Assembly: GCF_000039765.1 (NCBI RefSeq)
Contig: NC_004459.3
Coordinates: 1,950,001-1,982,000 of the forward strand
Direction: 5' to 3'
Length of the DNA stretch: 32,000 bases
Source of the DNA: Vibrio vulnificus CMCP6
GTDB taxonomy: Bacteria > Pseudomonadota > Gammaproteobacteria > Enterobacterales > Vibrionaceae
Positions within the stretch are counted from its first letter, which is position 1; each line of letters begins with the position of its first letter. The notes beneath the pieces were generated by a model that had not been told where the DNA came from, did no database searches, and worked only from the letters and a program-made list of their open reading frames with translations. The translations under genes and the position numbers were made by a program. Below are positions 1 to 9,972 of this stretch, piece by piece.

Positions 1-1
1 C

Positions 2-574
2 GAACCTGAAGTTGAAACCATTGAGGCTGAAGTAGAGCAAATCGCCGAAGACGTTCAGGTTGAGTTAGAAACGCAAACGTCTGCTAGTGAACAGAAAGAT
101 TGGACGTCGACTCAACGAGATATCGCTTTCCAAGTGCTCTATTTTGACGTCAACAGCGTCACCTTTGCTGTTCCGTTGGATGAGTTGGGTGGCATCCATC
201 AACTGACACAGTTGAACCACTTAATCGGCAGGCCGGGTTGGTACCTAGGCTTGCAAACCAATCGGGATCAGCAACTGGATGTGGTTGATACGGCACGTTG
301 GGTCATGCCAGACAAACTGGCTGATGAAGAATACAAATCGAACTATCAATATATTGTCATGCTAGGTAATAGCATGTGGGGTTTAGCCAGCAATAAGTTG
401 CTGGGCACTGAGCTTCTTTATCCAGAAAAAGTGCGTTGGCGCGAGCAATCGGGTAAGCGTCCTTGGCTTGCTGGCATGGTGAAAGAGAAAATGTGTGCTT
501 TAATTCATGTAGACGCATTAATTTCCATGCTAAATGCCGGGCTGGATGTAAAATCATTAAATTCAGAATTTTGA
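2..574 (+). CDS. parP: CheW-like array-positioning protein (ParP-like), 5' partial
   Basis: The reading frame is open from the window edge (frame of position 2) to TGA at 572-574. It has an acidic E/V/Q-rich linker followed by a CheW-like domain (VTFAVPLDELGGI..., LGLQTNRDQQLDVVDT...). It lies directly upstream of cheW, the position ParP occupies in Vibrio chemotaxis cluster II. The true start is outside the window. Confidence 0.6.
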   Translation, partial: EPEVETIEAEVEQIAEDVQVELETQTSASEQKDWTSTQRDIAFQVLYFDVNSVTFAVPLDELGGIHQLTQLNHLIGRPGWYLGLQTNRDQQLDVVDTARWVMPDKLADEEYKSNYQYIVMLGNSMWGLASNKLLGTELLYPEKVRWREQSGKRPWLAGMVKEKMCALIHVDALISMLNAGLDVKSLNSEF

Positions 575-606
575 GAAGTCGGGAACGACATTAACGAGGA
601 TTAGCC

Positions 607-1101
607 ATGTCTCATTCTAACGAAGTAGAAGTTAAAAAAGATCACACAAATGATGAAGTACTTCAGTGGGTGACGTTCCAGCTGGAAGAAGAAACTTACG
701 GCATTAACGTAATGCAAGTTCGTGAAGTGCTTCGTTATACAGAAATTGCACCTGTTCCGGGCGCGCCAGATTACGTTTTAGGCATCATCAACCTACGTGG
801 TAACGTCGTAACGGTTATCGATACACGTTCTCGTTTTGGTTTGATGGAAGGTGAAGTGACAGACAACACCCGTATCATCGTGATTGAATCTGAGCATCAA
901 GTGATTGGTATCTTAGTCGATAGTGTTGCGGAAGTGGTTTACCTACGTTCATCTGAAATTGACTCGACGCCTTCTGTGGGCACAGACGAAAGCGCGAAAT
1001 TCATCCAAGGTGTAAGCAACCGTGACGGCAAACTATTGATTCTAGTTGACCTTAACAAGCTACTGACCGACGAAGAATGGGATGAAATGGCTCATCTATA
1101 A
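607..1101 (+). CDS. cheW: Chemotaxis coupling protein CheW
   Basis: 164 aa with a typical CheW domain (WVTFQLEEETYGINVMQVREVLRY..., INLRGNVVTVIDTR..., GILVDSVAEVV). ATG start; size is canonical. Confidence 0.92.
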   Translation: MSHSNEVEVKKDHTNDEVLQWVTFQLEEETYGINVMQVREVLRYTEIAPVPGAPDYVLGIINLRGNVVTVIDTRSRFGLMEGEVTDNTRIIVIESEHQVIGILVDSVAEVVYLRSSEIDSTPSVGTDESAKFIQGVSNRDGKLLILVDLNKLLTDEEWDEMAHL

Positions 1102-1601
1102 TGGTTGAGATGTTTTCTAATAGTCCAGCGTTGCTTGTCGGTGTTGGACTTTTCGTCTTACTGTTGTTGGTTGTGCTTCAGCTACGGATAAAAGCGACGT
1201 TGCAAGCGCGTTTGGATAGCCAAGGGCAGAAGCTGCGTAGCAGCGAGAAAGAGTTACAAAAAGCGAACAAGCAGCTATTAGAAGTGAGATCGGTTGTTAT
1301 CGGTTTAGGCCAACGCGTCAGTGAGCAACAAGAGATCATTCAACACTTAACAGAGCGCGTGGTTGAGCTTGAGCAAGCGGATACCGACGGGCGTTTGTAT
1401 ACTCGAGCCAGCAAAATGGTTCAACTTGGCGCAGACGTCAACGAACTGATTAAAGAGTGCGAACTGCCAAAAGCAGAAGCCGAGTTGATGCTTTCTCTGC
1501 AAAAGAAAATTGCAGGTAAAGAGAAAATTCCACCGCTAAGCAGCCAATTGTCGGACTTAGACGAAACGGCAGCAAAAAAAGCACCGACGCGTCGCCGATA
1601 G
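1101..1601 (+). CDS. DUF2802-type membrane/coiled-coil protein of flagellar-chemotaxis clusters
   Basis: 166 aa. The ATG overlaps the cheW stop (TAATG). There is an N-terminal hydrophobic helix (ALLVGVGLFVLLLLVVLQL), a coiled-coil middle, and a C-terminal YTRASKMVQLGADVNELIKECELPKAEAELMLSL segment typical of DUF2802. Confidence 0.75.
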   Translation: MVEMFSNSPALLVGVGLFVLLLLVVLQLRIKATLQARLDSQGQKLRSSEKELQKANKQLLEVRSVVIGLGQRVSEQQEIIQHLTERVVELEQADTDGRLYTRASKMVQLGADVNELIKECELPKAEAELMLSLQKKIAGKEKIPPLSSQLSDLDETAAKKAPTRRR

Positions 1602-1625
1602 TGTGATTTAAACAGTTAGAGAGAC

Positions 1626-1654
1626 AAAAAGAAGCTTCGGCTTCTTTTTTTTTG
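1626..1654 (+). terminator. Rho-independent terminator of the cheW-DUF2802 unit
   Basis: Stem AAAAAGAAGC / GCTTCTTTTT with a TTCG loop, followed by a T-run, about 25 nt after the stop codon. Confidence 0.8.
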
Positions 1655-1893
1655 TATTTGGCCAAAAACGGCCATTTCTCCATGATTCATGCATCTGAAG
1701 GAATAGAGGTGGAAAGTTCAAGGAACTCAATAAAATTGAGAGACTTATCACTCTATAGAGGTAAATTTAAATAAATGTGATAACAGGTTAACAAATTCTC
1801 ACCAACTGACAAACATAGAGGCTTTGTTATCCTGTCTTGTCACTTATTAGGTGTGTTAATATACCCCTCTAATTTGTGTCGCTATGAATCCTT

Positions 1894-2511
1894 ATGCTAG
1901 AAGTATCCAATTTAACTGCTATTCGCGATGAACGCGTCCTTTTTGAAAATCTTCAGTTTGAAATCAAACCCGGTGAGTTGGTGCAGATTGAAGGTCGAAA
2001 CGGTACGGGTAAAACAACGCTACTTCGAATCGTGACTGGGCTTGGCGATAGAGATGAAGGCGCCATCAAATGGAAAGGGGAGGCGATCGAAAAAAGCCGC
2101 GACCAGTTCCATCAAGACTTGCTTTTTTTAGGTCATCAAACCGGGGTAAAAAGAGAGCTCACCGCGTTTGAAAATTTACGCTTTTATCAATCGATTCATA
2201 ATTCAGATTCCTCTTCAGAACGGATTTTTCATGCCCTGACTCAAGTTGGATTGGCAGGTCGAGAAGATGTGCCCGTTGCACAATTGTCTGCTGGGCAGCA
2301 GAGACGCGTGGCGTTGGCTCGTCTTTGGTTAAGTCATCAGATTCTTTGGATTCTTGATGAGCCGTTAACCGCCATCGACAAACAGGGTGTCAAAGTACTT
2401 GAGTCACTGTTTTCCAACCATGTCGATAATGGGGGCATCGTAATCTTGACGACACACCAAGATATGTTTACAGATAGCCCGAAACTAAGAAAAATTAAAT
2501 TGGGTGATTGA
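1894..2511 (+). CDS. ccmA: Heme exporter ATP-binding protein CcmA
   Basis: 205 aa with Walker [13 protein letters not shown] signature LSAGQQRR and Walker B LWILDEP. First gene of the ccm cluster. Confidence 0.92.
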   Translation: MLEVSNLTAIRDERVLFENLQFEIKPGELVQIEGRNGTGKTTLLRIVTGLGDRDEGAIKWKGEAIEKSRDQFHQDLLFLGHQTGVKRELTAFENLRFYQSIHNSDSSSERIFHALTQVGLAGREDVPVAQLSAGQQRRVALARLWLSHQILWILDEPLTAIDKQGVKVLESLFSNHVDNGGIVILTTHQDMFTDSPKLRKIKLGD

Positions 2512-3181
2512 GATGATTGCTGCAATGACAACCATTATTCGCCGTGAGCTGCTTATTGCCTTTCGTCGCCAAGCTGACATTTTGAACCCACTGTGGTTCT
2601 TTATCATTGTCATTACGTTGTTCCCCCTCAGTATTGGTCCTGAGCCAAATTTGTTAGCACGTATTGCAGCAGGCATTGTTTGGGTAGCGGCATTGCTATC
2701 TGCTCTATTATCTTTAGAGCGTCTGTTTCGCGATGATTTTCAAGATGGTGCGCTTGAACAAATGATGTTGATGCCGATCCCATTGCAACTTGTGGTGATT
2801 TCAAAGGTCATAGCTCATTGGTTATTAACGGGACTGCCATTGATACTGATCAGTCCGTTGTTGGCGATTTTGCTCTCTTTGGATTTTAATACGTGGCTTT
2901 CGGTGGTACTGACGCTTCTTGTCGGAACGCCAACGCTGAGTTTTATCGGTGCAATTGGTGTGGCGTTAACGGTTGGATTACAAAAAGGCGGTGTATTACT
3001 CAGCCTGTTAATCTTGCCTTTGTATATCCCAATTTTGATTTTTGCGACGTCAGCGATTGATGCTGCAGCATTGGGTATGACGTATAACGGCCAGTTAGCC
3101 ATATTGGGAGCAATGTTGGTCGGCGGTATGACACTGACACCGTTTGCCATTAGCGCCGCCCTGAGAGTCAGCGTTAACTAA
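2504..3181 (+). CDS. ccmB: Heme exporter permease CcmB
   Basis: Polytopic membrane protein of CcmB size. The GTG at 2504 overlaps the ccmA stop; an in-frame ATG at 2513 is an alternative start. Confidence 0.9.
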   Translation: MIEMIAAMTTIIRRELLIAFRRQADILNPLWFFIIVITLFPLSIGPEPNLLARIAAGIVWVAALLSALLSLERLFRDDFQDGALEQMMLMPIPLQLVVISKVIAHWLLTGLPLILISPLLAILLSLDFNTWLSVVLTLLVGTPTLSFIGAIGVALTVGLQKGGVLLSLLILPLYIPILIFATSAIDAAALGMTYNGQLAILGAMLVGGMTLTPFAISAALRVSVN

Positions 3182-3300
3182 CTATACCGAGAATGATTAA
3201 CTGAGGTTAATACAAGATCGGATCAAAGAATTATTATTAAAGCACTGCTAGTGTAACACGCTAAGTTTGTGCCTGAGTGAAGTAAGAGTGAGAACTAAAC

Positions 3301-4044
3301 ATGTGGAAATGGCTCCATCCTTATGCAAAGCCAGAAACAGCCTACCAGCTTAGTGGTAAGTTGTTACCTTGGTTTTCCGTTTTAGCCCTGATCTTTTTGA
3401 CGGTAGGTACAGTGTGGGGACTTGCATTCGCACCCTCCGACTATCAACAAGGTGACAGTTTTAGAATCATCTATATCCACGTCCCATCTGCGATTTGGTC
3501 GATGGGTGTGTACATGTCGATGGCCATTGCCGCATTTATCGGCCTAGTTTGGCAAGTCCGTCTTTCTGAAATGGCAGCGTTGGCGATGGCGCCAATCGGT
3601 GCTGTTTATACCTTTATTGCGTTGGTAACAGGTGCCGTATGGGGTAAGCCGATGTGGGGCACTTGGTGGGTATGGGATGCTCGCCTGACTTCAGAATTAA
3701 TTCTTCTATTTCTTTACTTGGGTGTGATTGCGCTTTATCACGCATTTGATGACCAGAAAACAGCGGCAAAAGCAGCGGGCATCCTGGCCATTGTTGGTGT
3801 GATTAACCTGCCAATTATTCACTTCTCCGTAGAGTGGTGGAATACCTTGCACCAAGGTGCCACCATTACCAAATTTGCTAAGCCTTCCATTGCTTCGACC
3901 ATGTTATGGCCGCTGCTAACAAATATTTTGGGCTTTGCGTTTTTCTTTGCCGCGGTGACGATGGTTCGTTTCCGTAATGAAATCATCAGTAAAGAAAGTC
4001 ATCGTCCTTGGGTGCGCCAGTTGGCGCTTGGCAAGACTCAGTGA
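3301..4044 (+). CDS. ccmC: Heme exporter/heme lyase subunit CcmC
   Basis: 247 aa membrane protein with a tryptophan-rich WWD motif (WGTWWVWDARLT). Confidence 0.92.
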   Translation: MWKWLHPYAKPETAYQLSGKLLPWFSVLALIFLTVGTVWGLAFAPSDYQQGDSFRIIYIHVPSAIWSMGVYMSMAIAAFIGLVWQVRLSEMAALAMAPIGAVYTFIALVTGAVWGKPMWGTWWVWDARLTSELILLFLYLGVIALYHAFDDQKTAAKAAGILAIVGVINLPIIHFSVEWWNTLHQGATITKFAKPSIASTMLWPLLTNILGFAFFFAAVTMVRFRNEIISKESHRPWVRQLALGKTQ

Positions 4045-4056
4045 GGGTTTTAGATC

Positions 4057-4263
4057 ATGCATTTTGAATCTCTGAGCGAATTTTTTGCTATGGGTGGGTA
4101 CGCTTCTTACGTGTGGGGCGCTTTTGGTATTACCTTTTTGGCCATGCTGATTCTATTGATCAGCAGCTTACGTCGTAGCGATGCGCTTCTTAAAGAAGTA
4201 AAAGCGAAGATAGATCGTCAGGCACGTATCGATGCCGCGAAGAATATGGAGAACACCCTATGA
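4057..4263 (+). CDS. ccmD: Heme exporter protein CcmD
   Basis: 68 aa single-TM protein between ccmC and ccmE. Its stop overlaps the ccmE start (ATGA). Confidence 0.85.
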
Positions 4264-4745
4264 ATCCAAGACGTCAAAAGAGACTGGGGATTATTTTAGC
4301 GATTTTAATCGGTGTCAGTGCCACTATCGGTTTGATGATCTACGCCTTGAACCAAAACATGGACCTTTTCTATACCCCAACCGAATTGGTGAATGGCAAA
4401 GATGATGGCACTAAGCCAGAAGTTGGTCAGCGCCTACGTATTGGTGGAATGGTGGTGATGGGGTCTGTGAGACGTGATCCAGAATCTCTCAAAGTACGCT
4501 TTGATCTTGCGGATGTGGGCCCTAAAGTGACCATCGAGTACGAAGGTATCCTGCCAGACTTGTTCCGTGAAGGACAAGGTATCGTGGCTCAAGGTGTCTT
4601 AAAAGACGCCACGACGGTTGAAGCGTTTGAAGTTTTAGCAAAACATGATGAAGAGTACATGCCACCAGAAATCGCAGAGGCGATGAAAAAAACGCATGCA
4701 CCGCTTCAATACTCTGAAGAACAAAAACAAGGAAGCGGCCAATGA
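4260..4745 (+). CDS. ccmE: Cytochrome c heme chaperone CcmE
   Basis: 161 aa with an N-terminal anchor and an OB-fold region. The heme-binding histidine context [12 protein letters not shown] is present. Confidence 0.92.
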
Positions 4746-6724
4746 TTGCTGAAATCGGTCACTTTGCCCTCATCGTCTCACTGGCGATGGCGGTATTATT
4801 GAGCTTACTGCCCCTGTGGGGAGCCTCAAACAACAACACCATGTTAATGAACAGTGCACGTCCGCTCTCTTGGGCAATGTTCATCATGCTGTTTATCTCT
4901 TTCATCGTGCTGAGTTACGGCTTCTATGCCAATGACTTCACGTTGCAATACGTCGCAAGCAACTCAAATAGCCAGTTACCTTGGTATTATCGCCTTACCG
5001 CGGTGTGGGGTGCGCATGAAGGTTCATTGTTGCTATGGGTACTTATCCAAGCCGCATGGACGGTTGCGGTGGCCACATTCAGTCGCGGCATGCCACAAGA
5101 ATCTGTGGCGCGAGTACTTGCAGTGATGGGGATGATTTCAGTTGGTTTCCTGCTGTTTATTATCGTTACTTCAAACCCATTCTTGCGTACGTTGCCATTC
5201 TTCCCAGTCGATGGTCGTGATCTAAACCCACTGTTGCAAGACCCGGGTTTGATTGTTCACCCACCTATGCTCTACATGGGTTACGTTGGCTTCTCTGTGG
5301 CATTCTCTTTTGCGATTGCCTCGCTGATGACAGGTCGTCTTGATACTGCGTGGGCTCGTTGGTCTCGCCCGTGGACAACCGCTGCATGGGTTTTCCTGAC
5401 ATTAGGTATTGCACTTGGATCTTGGTGGGCATACTACGAGCTTGGCTGGGGTGGTTGGTGGTTCTGGGATCCAGTAGAAAACGCCTCTTTCATGCCTTGG
5501 CTTGCGGGTACGGCGCTAATGCATTCACTTGCGGTTACTGAAAAACGCGGTACGTTTAAAGCCTGGACAGTGCTACTGGCGATCTCTGCGTTCTCATTAA
5601 GCTTGTTGGGTACTTTCTTAGTCCGTTCAGGCATCTTGGTTTCGGTGCACGCGTTTGCATCCGATCCTTCTCGCGGTATGTTTATTCTTGGTTTCCTCGT
5701 CTTTGTGATTGGTGGTTCGTTGCTGCTGTTTGCTGTTAAAGGTGCAGCGGTGCGCGTGCGTGGTAATTTTGACTTGGTTTCTCGAGAGAATGCGCTACTG
5801 GCAAACAACGTACTATTGATTGCCGCCTTAGTGGTTGTGTTGGTGGGTACGCTTTTACCATTAGTGCACAAGCAAATTGGTTTAGGCTCGGTTTCTATCG
5901 GCGCACCTTTCTTCGACATGCTATTTGCATGGCTGATGATGCCTTTTGCGTTCTTATTGGGCATTGGCCCTCTGATTCGTTGGAAGCGTGACCAACTTTC
6001 ACACCTGATTAAACCAATGGCCATTTCTGGTGTGCTGGCATTTGCATTAGGCTACCTATGCGTCTATCTGTTCGCGGATTTCTTCGATGTGATGGCATAC
6101 ATTGGCTGGGTGATGGCTATCTGGATCATCGCAATGCACGGCTTCGAGCTTTATGAACGTGCAACGCATCGTCATCCATTCTTGACTGGTGTTCGTAAGC
6201 TACAACGTAGTCACTGGGCAATGATGTTGGGCCATGTTGGTCTCGCAGTGACGGTGATTGGTATTGCGATGGTGCAAAACTACAGTATTGAACGCGACGT
6301 GCGTTTGGCGCCTGGTGAGCATTTCCAAATTCAGGGTTACGATTTCTATTTCTCAGGTCTTCGTGACAAAGATGGTCCGAACTACGACGGCTATATCGCA
6401 GACTTTGAAATCACTCATAACGGTCAGTACGTCAATACATTGCATGCAGAAAAACGTTTTTATCGCACTGCAAAATCAATGATGACCGAGGCAGCAATTG
6501 ACCGTGGCATCACGCGAGATCTCTATATTGCTATGGGTGAACGCTTGGAAGATAACCGTTCTTGGGCTGTTCGTATTTACTACAAACCGTTTGTACGTTG
6601 GATCTGGGCAGGTTCTCTGATTATGTCGTTTGGTGGCTTGTTGGCCATGTCAGACAGGCGTTACCGTTTCCGTAAAAGCAACAAAGCCGAGACGAAAACC
6701 AAGCTAAATGAGCAAGAGGCATAA
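4742..6724 (+). CDS. ccmF: Cytochrome c heme lyase subunit CcmF
   Basis: 660 aa polytopic protein with WWD motif [13 protein letters not shown]. Start overlaps the ccmE stop (ATGA). Confidence 0.93.
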
Positions 6725-6725
6725 G

Positions 6726-7280
6726 ATGAACAAGAAAATTCTGTTTATACCGTTGTTTGCCTTTATGGCACTGGCTGTGGTTTTTGCCACTCAGTTGGTT
6801 AAAAACCAACAAGGTGATGATCCAACCAAGCTGGAATCGGTTTTGGTGGGCAAGCCTGTGCCAACTTTTAAGCTGGAAGATCTGGCTGAACCAGGAAAGC
6901 TCTACGATCAGTCGGTTTTCAAAGGTGAACCGCTGCTGCTTAATGTCTGGGCGACTTGGTGTCCAACGTGTTACGCCGAACACCAATACCTCAACGAACT
7001 TGCTGGCAAAGGCGTCAAGATAATCGGTATGAACTACAAAGATGATCGCACCAAAGCGGTGGGGTGGTTGAATGACTTAGGCAATCCATACCTCATTAGT
7101 TTGTTCGATGGTAATGGCATGCTTGGTCTCGATCTTGGTGTTTACGGTGCGCCGGAGACCTTCATTATCGATGCCAACGGCGTGATCCGTTACCGTCATG
7201 TTGGGGATGTAAACCCGCGTAACTGGGCTGAAACGCTGGAACCGCTTTACAACAAATTGGTCGAGGAGGCGAAACAATGA
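6726..7280 (+). CDS. ccmG: Thiol:disulfide interchange protein CcmG/DsbE
   Basis: Thioredoxin fold with WATWCPTCY (CXXC) after an N-terminal anchor. I prefer the ATG at 6726 (MNKKILF...), just after the ccmF stop, over the track start at 6708, which lies inside ccmF. Confidence 0.9.
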   Translation: MNKKILFIPLFAFMALAVVFATQLVKNQQGDDPTKLESVLVGKPVPTFKLEDLAEPGKLYDQSVFKGEPLLLNVWATWCPTCYAEHQYLNELAGKGVKIIGMNYKDDRTKAVGWLNDLGNPYLISLFDGNGMLGLDLGVYGAPETFIIDANGVIRYRHVGDVNPRNWAETLEPLYNKLVEEAKQ

Positions 7281-7759
7281 AAAAGCTTCTTTTAGCCCTT
7301 TTTGCTGCAATTACCTTCTCGCTTGCGGCACACGCAGCGATTGAGGTGTATGAGTTTGATAACCTTCAGCAGGAACAACAGTTCAAAGAGTTAGGGCATA
7401 CCTTGCGTTGTCCGAAGTGTCAGAACAACACAATTTCCGACTCCAATGCCGAGCTAGCTCAAGATTTGCGCCAGAAAGTGTATGAGATGACCAAAGAAGG
7501 CAAGTCTAAGCAAGAAATCGTTGATTACATGATTGCTCGCTACGGAAACTTCGTGACTTACAACCCACCACTGACGCCAGCAACATCCATTTTGTGGCTA
7601 GGACCCATTGGGGTTATTGTCATTGGTTTTACTTTGATTGTTTTGAGAAGCCGTAAACGCAAAACAGCCAACCAAGCCGAGGATGAGGCATGGGATGCTG
7701 AAAAAGAAGCTCGTCTTAAAGCGTTATTAGACGAAGAGAACAACGGAGACAAACAATAA
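7277..7759 (+). CDS. ccmH: Cytochrome c biogenesis protein CcmH (NrfF-like)
   Basis: 160 aa with a signal peptide, an LRCPKCQNN CXXC motif and a C-terminal TM helix. ATGA overlap with ccmG. Confidence 0.9.
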   Translation: MKKLLLALFAAITFSLAAHAAIEVYEFDNLQQEQQFKELGHTLRCPKCQNNTISDSNAELAQDLRQKVYEMTKEGKSKQEIVDYMIARYGNFVTYNPPLTPATSILWLGPIGVIVIGFTLIVLRSRKRKTANQAEDEAWDAEKEARLKALLDEENNGDKQ

Positions 7760-8973
7760 TGACTCTTTTTTGGTTATCCACTGTCGCGCTTACTTTGGTG
7801 GCGTGCGCATTGATTGCAATGCCGTTGTTAAAGCAAAAAGCCAATAATGACGACATATTACGCGACGAGCTGAATAAAGCTTTCTATAAAGATCGCCTCT
7901 CAGAACTTGAGGAAGAAACATCAGAAGGGTTGGTTGAAGATCAGCAAGATTTGATTGCTGACCTGAAACAATCGCTGCTCGATGATGTACCGGGAGAAAA
8001 GAAACAAGCAGAAAGCAAAATTTCGCCGATGGCCGTCTTGATCCCGTCGGTGATTTTGACTGTCGCGCTAAGCTATGGTCTATACATCAAGTTTGGTGCC
8101 TATCAAGATGTGGTGAAATGGCAAGAAGTGAATGCGAACTTGCCTGAGCTTTCGAAAAAATTGATGTCTTCCAGCGCTGAACCGTTAAGCGACGATGAAA
8201 TGGAAGATCTGACTTTAGCATTGCGTACTCGTCTGCATTATCAGCCTGATGATGCGACAGGGTGGTTGTTACTAGGCCGCATTGCTCTGGCGAATCGCGA
8301 CGTCAACACCGCGATTGATGCGATGCAAAAAGCGTTTGATCTGCAACCAGAAGATGCTGACATCAAACTGGGTTACGCACAGGCACTGATGTTGTCACAA
8401 GACGAAATGGACCAAAATACGGCACGTTCGATTTTGAGCCAGTTGGTTCGCGAAGACTATGTTGACTTACGCGTATTCTCTTTGCTGGCATTTGATGCAT
8501 TTGAACGCCAAGACTTTGCTGCAGCCATTAAGTACTGGAGCATCATGCAACAAATGATTGGTCCAGAAGACAGCCGATACGAAATGTTGGCGCGCAGTAT
8601 TGAAAGTGCCAAGCAGCGTATGGGCGAGAATGTCGCCACAGGCAAGAGCGTTGCCGTTACCATCGAGCTTAGCCCGCAAGTGCAGGCGGATCCAAACTCA
8701 GTGCTGATCGTCTCTATACATAATGCGGATGGCTCACCAATGCCTGTTGCTGCGGCTCGTTACCCACTGGGGACATTCCCTCGCACCGTGGTATTGGATG
8801 ATGGCAATAGCATGATGCAAGGACAAAAGCTTTCTAGCTTAAGTGAGCTGATGGTTCGTGCCCGTATCGATAGTGATGGTAACGTGGCCACTCGTGACGG
8901 TGACTGGTATGGCGAAAGCGAACCCGTTGCGTTAGGAACACCAGTGACAGTCAGTATTAATAATCAATATTAA
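7759..8973 (+). CDS. ccmI: c-type cytochrome biogenesis protein CcmI (TPR protein)
   Basis: 404 aa with an N-terminal TM pair, TPR-like repeats (GWLLLGRIALANRDVNTAIDAMQKAFDLQPEDADI...) and a C-terminal beta-rich domain. TAATG overlap with ccmH. This corresponds to the C-terminal half of the fused E. coli CcmH. Confidence 0.85.
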   Translation: MTLFWLSTVALTLVACALIAMPLLKQKANNDDILRDELNKAFYKDRLSELEEETSEGLVEDQQDLIADLKQSLLDDVPGEKKQAESKISPMAVLIPSVILTVALSYGLYIKFGAYQDVVKWQEVNANLPELSKKLMSSSAEPLSDDEMEDLTLALRTRLHYQPDDATGWLLLGRIALANRDVNTAIDAMQKAFDLQPEDADIKLGYAQALMLSQDEMDQNTARSILSQLVREDYVDLRVFSLLAFDAFERQDFAAAIKYWSIMQQMIGPEDSRYEMLARSIESAKQRMGENVATGKSVAVTIELSPQVQADPNSVLIVSIHNADGSPMPVAAARYPLGTFPRTVVLDDGNSMMQGQKLSSLSELMVRARIDSDGNVATRDGDWYGESEPVALGTPVTVSINNQY

Positions 8974-8997
8974 TCTTGTTGGCTATCAAGTAGAATC

Positions 8998-9030
8998 ATC
9001 AAGGTCAGTGAATACTGGCCTTGATTTTTA
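8998..9030 (+). terminator. Rho-independent terminator of the ccm operon
   Basis: ATCAAGGTCAG / CTGGCCTTGAT stem (one G-U pair) with a TGAATA loop, then TTTT. Confidence 0.75.
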
Positions 9031-9057
9031 TCTATCGGCAAAATAGTTGCCAACGAA

Positions 9058-9846
9058 ATGGAAATAAAAATGCATTACAAGGGGAAGTCTCTCGCGACAC
9101 TATTACTACTCTTGTTCGGCTTGGCTGGATGTTCAAGTGTGCCAGACGAGCAACAAGAGCAGAACGATGAGGCATCGGCACAACACCACTATGAAGGCGA
9201 TCCGTTTGAGTCGTTTAACCGCTCAATGTGGACCATCAACTACGATTATCTTGACCCTTATATCGTACGTCCTGTCTCTTTGGCTTACGTTGAGTACACG
9301 CCTGGGCCAGTAAGAGTCGGCGTCGCCAATTTCCTCTCTAACCTCGATGAGCCTTCCAGCATGGTGAATAACATCATTATGGGAAATGGGCAGCGAGCGG
9401 TGGACCACTTCAACCGTTTCTGGATTAACTCGACTTTTGGCTTGCTCGGTTTGATCGACATTGCCTCTGCAGCGGGCATCACCAAGCATGATGAAAAAGC
9501 GTTTAGCGACGCCGTCGGCCATTATGGCGTTGGTAATGGTCCCTATTTGATGATCCCTGGCTATGGTCCTTACACCGTAAGGGAAGTGACTGATACCGTT
9601 GATGGTATGTATGTTCCTCTGGTGTACCTCAATTTTTGGGCCGGGCTGGGTAAATGGGCGCTAGAAGGAATGGAAAAACGCGCCTTACTCGTGAATCAAG
9701 AAGGGCAGTTAGAAGCCTCTCCGGATCCTTACGCGTTAACTCGTGAAGTGTATCTCCAGCGCCAAGCATTCAAAGCGGAGATCAAAAAAGAGGAAGTGGA
9801 TGATGAGGAAGAAGCGCTGCTTGATGAGTATTTAGACGAGTATTAG
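9058..9846 (+). CDS. mlaA: Outer-membrane lipoprotein MlaA (VacJ)
   Basis: Signal peptide with lipobox LAGC|SS and conserved MlaA core (DPFESFNRSMWTINY..., NFLSNLDEPSSMVNN...). The ATG at 9070 is an alternative start. The acidic C-terminal tail is unusual but in frame. Confidence 0.88.
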   Translation: MEIKMHYKGKSLATLLLLLFGLAGCSSVPDEQQEQNDEASAQHHYEGDPFESFNRSMWTINYDYLDPYIVRPVSLAYVEYTPGPVRVGVANFLSNLDEPSSMVNNIIMGNGQRAVDHFNRFWINSTFGLLGLIDIASAAGITKHDEKAFSDAVGHYGVGNGPYLMIPGYGPYTVREVTDTVDGMYVPLVYLNFWAGLGKWALEGMEKRALLVNQEGQLEASPDPYALTREVYLQRQAFKAEIKKEEVDDEEEALLDEYLDEY

Positions 9847-9921
9847 TCGTCGACTACAGGTGATGTTCATAGTCCTCTCAAACCCAATGAGCGATTAAAA
9901 AATCCGCAGATAGCGAAAATG

Positions 9922-9953
9922 AAAAAGGGCTTAGTCAACACTAAGCCCTTTTT
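9922..9953. terminator. Bidirectional terminator between convergent mlaA and fadL
   Basis: AAAAAGGGCTTAG ... CTAAGCCCTTTTT: a perfect stem flanked by an A-run and a T-run, so it can terminate both strands. Confidence 0.8.
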
Positions 9954-9972
9954 GATCTGCGTATGAACGAGA

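Noticed and set aside
1450-1683. 77-aa minus-strand ORF overlapping the DUF2802 3' end and its terminator.
   Set aside because: It is a shadow ORF spanning a terminator hairpin, with no supporting signals.
1837-1865. Candidate ccmA promoter (TTGTCA ... TAATAT/TATACC).
   Set aside because: Spacing is 14 nt to the good -10, or 17 nt to a poor one lacking the final T. It is not supportable without transcription start data.
5434-6024. 196-aa ORF antisense to ccmF.
   Set aside because: It is fully nested on the opposite strand of a strongly supported conserved gene. The composition is low-complexity and biased (S/T/P/N/K-rich), typical of a shadow ORF, and there is no Shine-Dalgarno.
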